Assembly (NCBI GenBank): GCA_036478295.1
Contig: JAZGDW010000092.1
Coordinates: forward strand, 1 to 25,210
DNA from: Candidatus Krumholzibacteriia bacterium
GTDB lineage: Bacteria; Krumholzibacteriota; Krumholzibacteriia; WVZY01
Direction of reading: 5' to 3'
DNA: 25,210 bases
A program made the position numbers and the translations under genes. Of this stretch, positions 9,183 to 18,717 are shown in pieces. Under the pieces are notes generated by a model. That model searched no databases, was not told where the DNA came from, and saw only the letters and a program-made list of their open reading frames with translations. Every line of letters starts with the position of its first letter. The stretch's first letter is position 1.

Positions 9183-10435
9183 GATTGCGTTACAATAACG
9201 CCATGCTCGCCGACATTTACAAGAGAGAAGGCGTGTCGCTCTCCGATACGTTCGGCGTGCCCTACCCCGCGTACTTCATTCACCCGGCGGCCGAGTACCA
9301 GGCGCTGACCCGCTATGTCGGGTTGGTCGACCTCACCCACTGGGCCGTCCTGCGCGTTACGGGAAAAGACCGCGCGGGCTTCTTGAACGCGATGCTCACC
9401 AACGACGTCGCCGCGTTGGAAAAAGACCGCGGGTGCCACTCGTTGATCACGACCGTCAAAGGCAAGATAATTGCTGAGCTCTACGTGTTTGCGCGAGACG
9501 ACGAATTTCTCATACTTGTCGCGCAGGGAGACGCCGCGGCGGCAAACGACGTTCTGCAAAAGCACATCATCATGGAGGACGTCACCGTCGAGGACGCATC
9601 GTCCGGCTTCGGCGTTCTCGCTCTCGAAGGTCCCAAGCTAGACGACACTTTATGGAGACTCTTTGCCAAGGGCCCGTTTCCGAAAGAACCCCTGCAGGCG
9701 GTAGAACGCCGCTTCGAAGACGCGGACGTGTACTTGATGAAGAATTCCGTGACCGGAGAGGACGGTTATCATTTGCTGGTGCCCGCCGCGGACCTGCAGC
9801 GTGTGTGGCGTTACCTGGTGCAGGCCTGCCGCGGCACCGACGGGTTCCCCGTCGGCAGCACGGTGTGGAACATGCGCCGCGTCGAACACGGCCTGCCCTG
9901 GCACGGTGTGGATTTCAGCGACGAAAACTTTCCCGATGAATCGCGGCTGGGCGCCGCGATCAGCTATACGAAGGGATGTTTTCACGGGCAGGAAACGCTG
10001 ACCAGGCTGCACCACCGGGGCCACGTAAACCGCATGCTGGTGGGACTGACGGTGGATGACGACGACCTGCCGGAGGAGCTCGAGAAGCTGCGCGGCGAAT
10101 TCGCGGGCGAGATCAACAACTACGACGAAACGGGCCTCAAGGAGCGCGCGGAGCCGGTGGTGAAGGCGCTCGATCTTGGCGACCTATTTCCAGCGGGAGC
10201 AAAGCTCTATCCAGCCGACAACGTGGCCACCCCCGGCGGCGGAGAGGTCGGCGGCGAAACCGGTGGGGGTGCCGAGAAAAAGCCGGTGGGATGGATTACG
10301 TCGGCCGTCTATTCCCCGATCCTCGGGAAACCACTCTTGCTGGGCTACGTCCGAGTGGAATTCATCGAAAAACGGCTCGCCGTTCGCACAGACTCAGGAA
10401 CGAGACTGACGATCGTCGATCTGCCGGTCACCTGA
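9179..10435 (+). CDS. ygfZ: YgfZ/GcvT-family folate-binding protein
   Basis: GcvT-like N-terminus (LRVTGKDRAGFLNAMLTNDV) and the YgfZ/Iba57 signature KGCFHGQE; GTG start overlaps the upstream TGA (start uncertain). Confidence 0.82.
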   Translation: MRLRYNNAMLADIYKREGVSLSDTFGVPYPAYFIHPAAEYQALTRYVGLVDLTHWAVLRVTGKDRAGFLNAMLTNDVAALEKDRGCHSLITTVKGKIIAELYVFARDDEFLILVAQGDAAAANDVLQKHIIMEDVTVEDASSGFGVLALEGPKLDDTLWRLFAKGPFPKEPLQAVERRFEDADVYLMKNSVTGEDGYHLLVPAADLQRVWRYLVQACRGTDGFPVGSTVWNMRRVEHGLPWHGVDFSDENFPDESRLGAAISYTKGCFHGQETLTRLHHRGHVNRMLVGLTVDDDDLPEELEKLRGEFAGEINNYDETGLKERAEPVVKALDLGDLFPAGAKLYPADNVATPGGGEVGGETGGGAEKKPVGWITSAVYSPILGKPLLLGYVRVEFIEKRLAVRTDSGTRLTIVDLPVT

Positions 10436-10524
10436 GCGCCGCCAGACCACCCAGGCGCCACCCGATACCAGGTGCGCCCGCCAACCAGGCGCCGCTACGC
10501 CAACGGCGCCACCGGAGCGGGCGC

Positions 10525-11502
10525 TCACCCAATCAAACCCTCGAGATCCCGGGGTACACCCGCTTCCAGTTTCAGCGGCACACCGCCCTCGCCTTCTCCC
10601 TCCATCGGGTGCACGAACTCGAGCGAACGGCAGTGTAGCGCCTGACGCGTGAGTCCGGGAAAACGCCGGTCGCGCTCTCGGTCGCCGTACACTTTGTCCC
10701 CGACGATCGGGTAACCTGCGTGCTCGAGGTGAACGCGGATCTGGTTGGTGCGTCCGGAGAGCGGCTCGGCGTGTAATACGGTAAACCCGTCTTGGTGCCG
10801 TTCCACCCGAAAGAGCGTCTTCGCCGCCTTGCCCTTCTCGAAGTCCACGCAGCGGCGGGGAACATAACGGGGAAGGTCTTCCTTGAGCTCACTCTCGACG
10901 TCGCGCATCGATTCGCGCCGGGGCTCGATGGCCACGGGATGCGGTGCCTTGCCGATCGGCGCGTCGACCTCGAACTCCGCGCGCGCCGCGCGCCCGTGGA
11001 CCACGGCGAGATAGGATTTCCGCACGCGCCTTTCGGAGAACATACGACCCAGGCGCCGGGCGGCCACGCGGCTCTTGGTGAGGAGCACGAGGCCGCTGGT
11101 CTCGCGGTCGAGCCGGTGGGCGAGGTTGATGTGGTCGCCGTAGCGGCTCTTCAAGGTGGCGATGAGCGTGTTGCGGATAAAGATACCGCTGGCGTGCACG
11201 GGGAGGTTGCCCGACTTGGAAACGGCAAGGAGGTGATCGTCTTCATAAACGACGTCGTAGTGAAAATCCACTTCGGGCTCATTGTGATAGATCGTGTAAG
11301 AGACCCGGTCGTTCTCGCGCACCCGGGAATCGGAGGCCGGCAGGGAGCCGTTTATCCGCACGCGACCCTCGAGAATACGCAGACGCCAGCGGCCTTCCGG
11401 GTGATACCGAAAACGATGGGTCAGGTACTCGAGAACCGTCCAGCCGGACCGGTAAGAGTCGACGCGGCAGCTCAGCGTGATTTCTTGTTTTTTTTCTGTC
11501 AT
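10525..11502 (-). CDS. RluA/RluD-family pseudouridine synthase with S4-like N-terminus
   Basis: KSGNLPVH, HRLDRETSG (catalytic Asp), GRTNQIRVHL, PIVGDKVYG and QALH. Confidence 0.92.
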   Translation of the reverse strand: MTEKKQEITLSCRVDSYRSGWTVLEYLTHRFRYHPEGRWRLRILEGRVRINGSLPASDSRVRENDRVSYTIYHNEPEVDFHYDVVYEDDHLLAVSKSGNLPVHASGIFIRNTLIATLKSRYGDHINLAHRLDRETSGLVLLTKSRVAARRLGRMFSERRVRKSYLAVVHGRAARAEFEVDAPIGKAPHPVAIEPRRESMRDVESELKEDLPRYVPRRCVDFEKGKAAKTLFRVERHQDGFTVLHAEPLSGRTNQIRVHLEHAGYPIVGDKVYGDRERDRRFPGLTRQALHCRSLEFVHPMEGEGEGGVPLKLEAGVPRDLEGLIG

Positions 11503-11579
11503 AACCTATTATTAAATAACTGATTATACGGTACGCTCGCCCCTCGATTCTCTAAAATCCTTTATCGCAACGAGTTTGC

Positions 11580-11608
11580 TTGACTCAGCATAACGCGTTC
11601 GATAGAAT
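11580..11608 (+). promoter_or_regulatory. Sigma70-type promoter of the POT transporter
   Basis: TTGACT-17 bp-TAGAAT, 47 nt before the ATG; AAGGAG RBS. Confidence 0.7.
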
Positions 11609-11655
11609 CCGTCCACGTTTTCGCGTCTTTTTCAATCCGACCCAAGGAGTGACGC

Positions 11656-13155
<1,500 letters not shown>

Positions 13156-13157
13156 GA

Positions 13158-13268
13158 CTGGGGTTGGGTTGCCTTTGGGGACACAAGGCTGGGTAGCAAT
13201 GCTCAGCCCTGCAGACTTTGGTGACTGAGACGGGCGGGGCAACAGTGCCTCGTCCGGACCAACCTCAG
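13158..13268 (+). other. Multi-stem structured intergenic region (REP-like hairpins or 3'-UTR structure)
   Basis: Outer stem 13158-13167/13259-13268 encloses hairpins at 13187-13208 (GCAA loop) and 13232-13255. Confidence 0.5.
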
Positions 13269-15169
13269 CGCACCAACGTCACGCGTGCGCTGGACGTGCC
13301 TTCGACGGTTTTCGCGCGAATGAAATAGACTCCTGAGGCAAGCGGTCGTCCCCGATCGTCTCGGCCATTCCAAACAAAAGAAGTGCTGCCGGTTCGGCCT
13401 GAATTGTGAAGGGCGCGAACCAACCGGCCGGTGACATCGTAGATCCGGATGTCAGAATCCAGTCCCTGCGTATCAATTTCGATCGTCGTCCGCACACTGA
13501 ATGGGTTGGGCTGCATGGAGACGATGCGCGGACCGGGAAGCCGTGTCGGCGGGCTAACGCCCACAACGATACGTCGATTGGCCCAGATGTTGGATAACGT
13601 CGAATCCGACCCGTCGGGCCACGTAATCCGAACCTTGTCGACAAGATCTGCGTTACCCAACCCGAAGTGCGCTTCCGCCGGGTTCTGCGAAACGTAGTTC
13701 GAACCGCAGCGAAGTTCACGCATTTGCGTCATTCCGTTTGCCGTTACCTCGATGCGCGCGCCAATGCACTCCGAGTTGGGCGCCGACCCTTGCAATCTGA
13801 CCGTCAAGTAGTTGCCCAGGTTGCCACCGTCATTGCGCCACAGCCGGGGCGGCTGCCCGTTGTTGCTTACGAAAATATCCAGGTCTCCGTCGTGGTCGAA
13901 ATCAAAGCAGACCAGCCCTCGTCCCTGGCCGGTATCGTCGAAGCCGAGTTCCGCCGATCGCTCGGTGAAGGTGCCATCTCCGTTCGAAACAAAAAGACGT
14001 GATGGATCATTCTTGAACTGGTCCGTCGCCATCGGCGGGAACCCGTTGACGTGAACGAGGTCGAGGAAACCGTCGTTGTTCAAATCCGCGAAGCTGGATC
14101 CCCACCCCCAGTAACCATGCCTCACACCGGCCTCGCCGGTTACGTCCTCGAAGCGACCGTCCCCCCAGTTCCGGTAGAGCCGGTTTCCGGACATTCCCCA
14201 GTTACCTTCCGGGACGCCGTCTTCGTCCCAGATGCTCGAGACGAACCAGTCGAGGTCCCCGTCGTTATCGTAATCACCCACCGCACCACCCATACCATTC
14301 TCGTCGTTAATGACAGCGGTCGTCGCGTCTACAAAGCGGCCTTGTCCGTCATTCAACCAGACCTGAGAGGTTCCAAAATCGGACGAGAGCAGCAGGTCGA
14401 CGAAACCGTCTCCATTAACGTCCACAAAATTCGCCGTGAACCAGAACTCCCTCCCGAGATCCACCTTTGGAACCACGAGCCCAGCCTGGTCGTCCGCGGA
14501 TTCGAAAAGCCCGCCACCAAGGTTTCTCCACAAGTGGTCTTTTGCGGGCAACTCGGACCAGTGCGTCAGGAAAAGGTCCAACCTCCCATCGCGATCGTAG
14601 TCTCCCGCCGTTGCCGATATCGTGTGCGCACGCGTGTCGATACCCGACTGAGCGGTAACATCTTCGAACGTGCCATCGCCGCGGTTGTGAAAGAGGACCG
14701 GATCACTCGCCCCGACAGCGCCCACGAAGAGATCCAGCCAGCCGTCGCCATCATAATCGAAGAACAGCGGGCCACTACCCAGGAACGCGTCCAGGTTCAC
14801 GCCCGCTGCGGCGCCGACTTCGTCGAAGTGGCCGTCCCCGCGATTTCGGAACAAGAGATTGGGGCCGATGTCGCCCCTTACGACATAGAGATCGACCCAC
14901 CCGTCGCGATTGTAGTCACCCGCGGCGACACCCCCTGCAACGAGCCAGACCTCGGACTCCACGGGCCCCGCGTAACCGTGTTCGTAAACGAGCCCGGCCT
15001 GCCGGGTGATGTCGGTGAACTTCCAGTTCGATTGGCTACCCGCCACACGTGTTGTGACTGCCACCAGGAGAAATGCAAGAAAGAGCACGGGGTACGATAG
15101 TCGTGGCAGTATGCGGACGGTTCGGAAGAACGCGCGGCGCGCATGAAATTGGGAGTTTGGCAGAGTCAT
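13265..15169 (-). CDS. Secreted FG-GAP repeat / ASPIC-UnbV (CRTAC1-like) protein with C-terminal FlgD-Ig/T9SS-like domain
   Basis: Repeated DxDxDGxxD motifs; IGARIEV...GSNYVSQN...AHFGLG...ITWPDG (ASPIC/UnbV); tail PNPF...IYDVTGRLVR...WNGRDDRG...SGVYF; N-terminal hydrophobic segment. Start uncertain (15169 chosen). Confidence 0.88.
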   Translation of the reverse strand: MTLPNSQFHARRAFFRTVRILPRLSYPVLFLAFLLVAVTTRVAGSQSNWKFTDITRQAGLVYEHGYAGPVESEVWLVAGGVAAGDYNRDGWVDLYVVRGDIGPNLLFRNRGDGHFDEVGAAAGVNLDAFLGSGPLFFDYDGDGWLDLFVGAVGASDPVLFHNRGDGTFEDVTAQSGIDTRAHTISATAGDYDRDGRLDLFLTHWSELPAKDHLWRNLGGGLFESADDQAGLVVPKVDLGREFWFTANFVDVNGDGFVDLLLSSDFGTSQVWLNDGQGRFVDATTAVINDENGMGGAVGDYDNDGDLDWFVSSIWDEDGVPEGNWGMSGNRLYRNWGDGRFEDVTGEAGVRHGYWGWGSSFADLNNDGFLDLVHVNGFPPMATDQFKNDPSRLFVSNGDGTFTERSAELGFDDTGQGRGLVCFDFDHDGDLDIFVSNNGQPPRLWRNDGGNLGNYLTVRLQGSAPNSECIGARIEVTANGMTQMRELRCGSNYVSQNPAEAHFGLGNADLVDKVRITWPDGSDSTLSNIWANRRIVVGVSPPTRLPGPRIVSMQPNPFSVRTTIEIDTQGLDSDIRIYDVTGRLVRALHNSGRTGSTSFVWNGRDDRGRPLASGVYFIRAKTVEGTSSARVTLVR

Positions 15170-15375
15170 GGCAGGCCACCGAGTTACAAAGCAGGCCCCC
15201 TGGCCTGGGGGATGCGTGAGCTTATCACGAATTTGCTTGTTGCGCAACGCTTTGCGCCGGAAGGACGCGCAGGCACTGTCTATATTTCACTGGCGCCGTC
15301 TTTCGCCCGGGTGATATACTGCGCCCCGAACTCACCACGCTCCGATTCACCGCACTCCGGAGGAGTCCACCCGTC

Positions 15376-16158
15376 ATGCCCAGGATCATAGCGGCTGAGA
15401 AGCTCACCGAGCGCCACACCGCATACGAAATCGACGCGCCGGAGGTGGCATCGGCCGCCGCCGCCGGGCAGCTTCTCATGGCCCGCCTGGGCGAGCAGGT
15501 TCTTTTTACCCCTCATGCCATCGCCGATTTCGAGCCCGACAAGGGAACCGTTGTCATCGTGGCCCGCAGCGTCTCTGCAAACAGCGGAGACCCCACAAAG
15601 AAGTTTGAGCCCGCCGACATCCCGATCGACCTCACCGGCCCGATGGGCAAAAAAGACGAACTCTGCCCCAAGGGCAAGGTTCTCTGTGTCGCGGACAACC
15701 TCGGCGTTGCGGCGCTCTATACGCGACTCCGCGCGTACAAGGAGAACGGCTGCTACACCATTGTCATCGCTGGTTACGCGTCGAAAGACGACGTGTACTG
15801 GCAGGAGCGCCTGAACGGGTTTAGTGACGAGCTGTATGTGGTTACCGAAGACGGCAGCTTCGGCATCCGCGGGCCTATTCAGCAAACAGTGCGCGCCGTG
15901 TGCCGCCACGTGACGGATATCGACCGAGCGCTCGCGGTCGGACCGATGCCTTTTCTGAAAGCGTGCGCGAACGCGACCCGCAATTACGAGATCCCCACCA
16001 AGATCAGTTTGAACGCCGTCATCGAGCACGAAGACGACCTGGCCGCGGCGGGCGGAGGCGAAGGGCGTTTCGACTGGCACAATGCCGCAGACCTCGATGG
16101 GCACACCGCGGATTTCGGCAAGCTAGCGGAGCAGTTGGGCATCTCGCCAGTGCAATGA
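15376..16158 (+). CDS. NfnA/SudB/PyrK-like ferredoxin-reductase-fold protein, degenerate
   Basis: GGAGGAG RBS; collinear with NfnA-type motifs (EIDAP.VA, IADF..DKGT, GPMG, TEDGSFG, VGP, SLN, DGH..DF) but cofactor motifs are missing. Confidence 0.75.
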   Translation: MPRIIAAEKLTERHTAYEIDAPEVASAAAAGQLLMARLGEQVLFTPHAIADFEPDKGTVVIVARSVSANSGDPTKKFEPADIPIDLTGPMGKKDELCPKGKVLCVADNLGVAALYTRLRAYKENGCYTIVIAGYASKDDVYWQERLNGFSDELYVVTEDGSFGIRGPIQQTVRAVCRHVTDIDRALAVGPMPFLKACANATRNYEIPTKISLNAVIEHEDDLAAAGGGEGRFDWHNAADLDGHTADFGKLAEQLGISPVQ

Positions 16159-17933
16159 AGAAAGACCGGAAGTCCCCAGCAAAGAAGCCGCGCACGACCC
16201 GAAAAATCCTCATCTCGAAGACCGAAATCGCCGCCATCCTGGATGACATGGCGAACCTGCTCGAGCTAACGGACGCCAACGTCTTCAAGATTCGGGCGTT
16301 CTCCAATGCCGCCCGTGAACTGGAAAATCTTCCCGGTGACCTTGCCGAGATGGTCGCAAGCGGCGACCTGCTCGAAGTGCAGGGCATCGGCAAAGGCATC
16401 TTTTCACACATCGAGGAAATTCTCGAAACAGGCACCTTCGCGGAGTTCGAGGAGCTGCGCGCAAAGTTTCCCCCAGGGCTTCTCGGCATGCTTCGCATCC
16501 CCGGCGTGGGCCCCAAGAAAGTCAAGACCCTGCACGAGGAGCTGGGCATCAAGAACGTCGAAGAACTCGAGTTCGCAGCCAGGACGGATCAGATCGCCGG
16601 TTTGCCGGGGTTTGGCGAAAAGAGTCAGGAGAAGATTCTCTCCGGCATCGAACGAATGCGCAAGTACGCCCGGCGTCACCTCATGAGCACGGCCGCCGAA
16701 GCGGCCACTGGAATTCTTGAGATAATGTCCTCACACCCCGACGTGCAACGCTCGCTACTGGGAGGCAGCCTCCGGCGCGGGAAGGAGACGGTCAAAGACA
16801 TCGACATACTGGTCAGCGCGATGAAGTCCGACGCCATCATGGAAACGTTTACGGCGCTTCCCGACGTGGCGTCGGTGGTGGCGAAGGGTGCCACGAAATC
16901 AAGCATCGTTCTCGAGTCGGGGATAAACGTTGACCTGCGTGTGGTGAGCGATAAGGAATTTCCGTTTGCCGCGCTCTATTTCACCGGCGGCAAAGAGCAC
17001 AACACCGACATGCGCGGCCGCGCGAAGAAGCTCGGCTACAAGCTGAACGAGTACGGGCTCTTCAAAGACGACAAACCCACGGTGTGCAAGGATGAACGCG
17101 CTGTGTTCAAAAAGCTCGGTCTCGATTTCATCGAGCCGGAACTTCGCGAGTCGATGGGTGAGATCGCCGGGGCGGAACACCACACCCTGCCGGAATTGGT
17201 AACTGATGAAGACGTCCGGGGCGACCTGCACGTGCACACGAGCTATAGCGACGGCACCGCCACCCTGGAGGAGATGGCGCTGGGCGCGAAGACGCTGGGG
17301 TTGGAATACCTTGGAGTCGCCGATCACAGCCAGAGCACGGTTTACGCCGGCGGGCTCAGCGAAGCCCGCGTGCGCGAGCAGGCCACGGAAATAGCGAAGC
17401 TGAACAAGTCGCTCGGGGATTTCAGAGTTTTTCATGGCATTGAGTCCGACATCCTGCCCGACGGCTCACTCGATTACCCGGATGACGTGCTCCAGCTGTT
17501 CGACTATGTGATTGCGTCGGTCCATGGCACAACTGATATGAGCGAAGCAAAGATGACGCGTCGCATCATCCGCGCGATCAAGAATCCATACACGACCATC
17601 CTGGGACATCCCACGGGCCGCCTCCTCCTGGAGCGAGAGGGCTACGACGTGAACCTCACTGCGGTCATTGAGGCCGCCGCGGAGCACGGTGTCATGATCG
17701 AGATAAACGCCGACCCGAGCCGTCTCGATCTTGACTGGCGCTACGTGCGCACCGCCCGTGACAGAGCTGTGCGGCTGGTCATTGGCACCGATTCACATTC
17801 CATCGGTGCACTCGAACATTACCGTTACGGTATCGGCGTCGCGCGCAAGGGATGGCTGACCAGGGCGGATCTGGTGAATACGCTGGGGGCCGATGAGGTC
17901 ATGAAGCTGTTTCAGACTCGACAACAAAGGTGA
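16155..17933 (+). CDS. polX: DNA polymerase X with PHP domain
   Basis: HhH motifs GIGKG and GVGPKK; GSLRRGKETVKDIDIL, VDLRV and YFTG; PHP motifs DLHVHT, DHS, GHPTGR and GTDSH. ATG 16155 overlaps the upstream TGA (ATGA). Confidence 0.95.
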   Translation: MKKDRKSPAKKPRTTRKILISKTEIAAILDDMANLLELTDANVFKIRAFSNAARELENLPGDLAEMVASGDLLEVQGIGKGIFSHIEEILETGTFAEFEELRAKFPPGLLGMLRIPGVGPKKVKTLHEELGIKNVEELEFAARTDQIAGLPGFGEKSQEKILSGIERMRKYARRHLMSTAAEAATGILEIMSSHPDVQRSLLGGSLRRGKETVKDIDILVSAMKSDAIMETFTALPDVASVVAKGATKSSIVLESGINVDLRVVSDKEFPFAALYFTGGKEHNTDMRGRAKKLGYKLNEYGLFKDDKPTVCKDERAVFKKLGLDFIEPELRESMGEIAGAEHHTLPELVTDEDVRGDLHVHTSYSDGTATLEEMALGAKTLGLEYLGVADHSQSTVYAGGLSEARVREQATEIAKLNKSLGDFRVFHGIESDILPDGSLDYPDDVLQLFDYVIASVHGTTDMSEAKMTRRIIRAIKNPYTTILGHPTGRLLLEREGYDVNLTAVIEAAAEHGVMIEINADPSRLDLDWRYVRTARDRAVRLVIGTDSHSIGALEHYRYGIGVARKGWLTRADLVNTLGADEVMKLFQTRQQR

Positions 17934-17939
17934 CGGAAC

Positions 17940-18704
17940 GTGACGAAGGCAAGACCCAGGAGCAAGAAGAAGCCGGCCACCCGAAAGAAGCGAAAGACGA
18001 CGGTCAAGAAAACGGCGCCAAAGCCGCGGACCGTGAAAAAGCCACCGCCACAACGCCATGGCGCCTTTCGCGAGATGACCGACCAGACCCGCGCGCTCAA
18101 AATGATCGATCTTCTCAAAGAGGAATATCCGGATGCCCACTGCATGCTGGATTTTTCCAACGCGTTTGAACTCCTGATTGCCACGATTCTCGCCGCGCAG
18201 TGCACCGATGTGATGGTCAATCGCGTCACTCCCGATCTTTTCAGGGAATACCGGACACCCCGGGCGTTCGTCGACGCACCACCGGAGGATATCGAGAAAG
18301 CGATTTACAAGACGGGCTTCTACCGCAACAAGACAAAGAGCATCAAGAAGTGTTGTGAGTCACTCATCGAGCGCCACGGCGGCGAGGTGCCGCAGACCAT
18401 GGAGGAACTGGTCGCTCTGGGGGGCGTCGGCCGCAAGACCGCCAATTGCGTGCTCGGAAATATCTGGGGGATCCCGGGGATCGTGGTCGACACGCACGTG
18501 AAGCGTCTCTCGAACCGCATGGGTTACACGGGGGAATCGAATCCGGACAAGATCGAACAAGATTTGATGGACGTCGTCCCCAAAGCCGAGTGGGTCCTCT
18601 TCGCCCACCTCATCACGGACCACGGGCGCAAGTGCTGCACGGCTCGCAAGCCCGTGTGCGACCAGTGCCCGGTCGAACATTTTTGTCCGAAGATTCTGGA
18701 TTGA
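17940..18704 (+). CDS. nth: Endonuclease III
   Basis: FELLIATILAAQCTD, GVGRKTAN (HhH Lys), VDTHV and C-x6-C-x2-C-x5-C [4Fe-4S]. Start is GTG 17940 or a later ATG. Confidence 0.95.
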   Translation: MTKARPRSKKKPATRKKRKTTVKKTAPKPRTVKKPPPQRHGAFREMTDQTRALKMIDLLKEEYPDAHCMLDFSNAFELLIATILAAQCTDVMVNRVTPDLFREYRTPRAFVDAPPEDIEKAIYKTGFYRNKTKSIKKCCESLIERHGGEVPQTMEELVALGGVGRKTANCVLGNIWGIPGIVVDTHVKRLSNRMGYTGESNPDKIEQDLMDVVPKAEWVLFAHLITDHGRKCCTARKPVCDQCPVEHFCPKILD

Positions 18705-18717
18705 CGGTCTGCGAAGA

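Noticed and set aside
15376..16158. NfnA-like gene as a pseudogene, or as the reductase for the Rieske oxygenase
   Set aside because: The frame, RBS and overlap with polX are intact, so it is not called a pseudogene; lacking FAD, NAD and Fe-S motifs, it is an unlikely electron donor.
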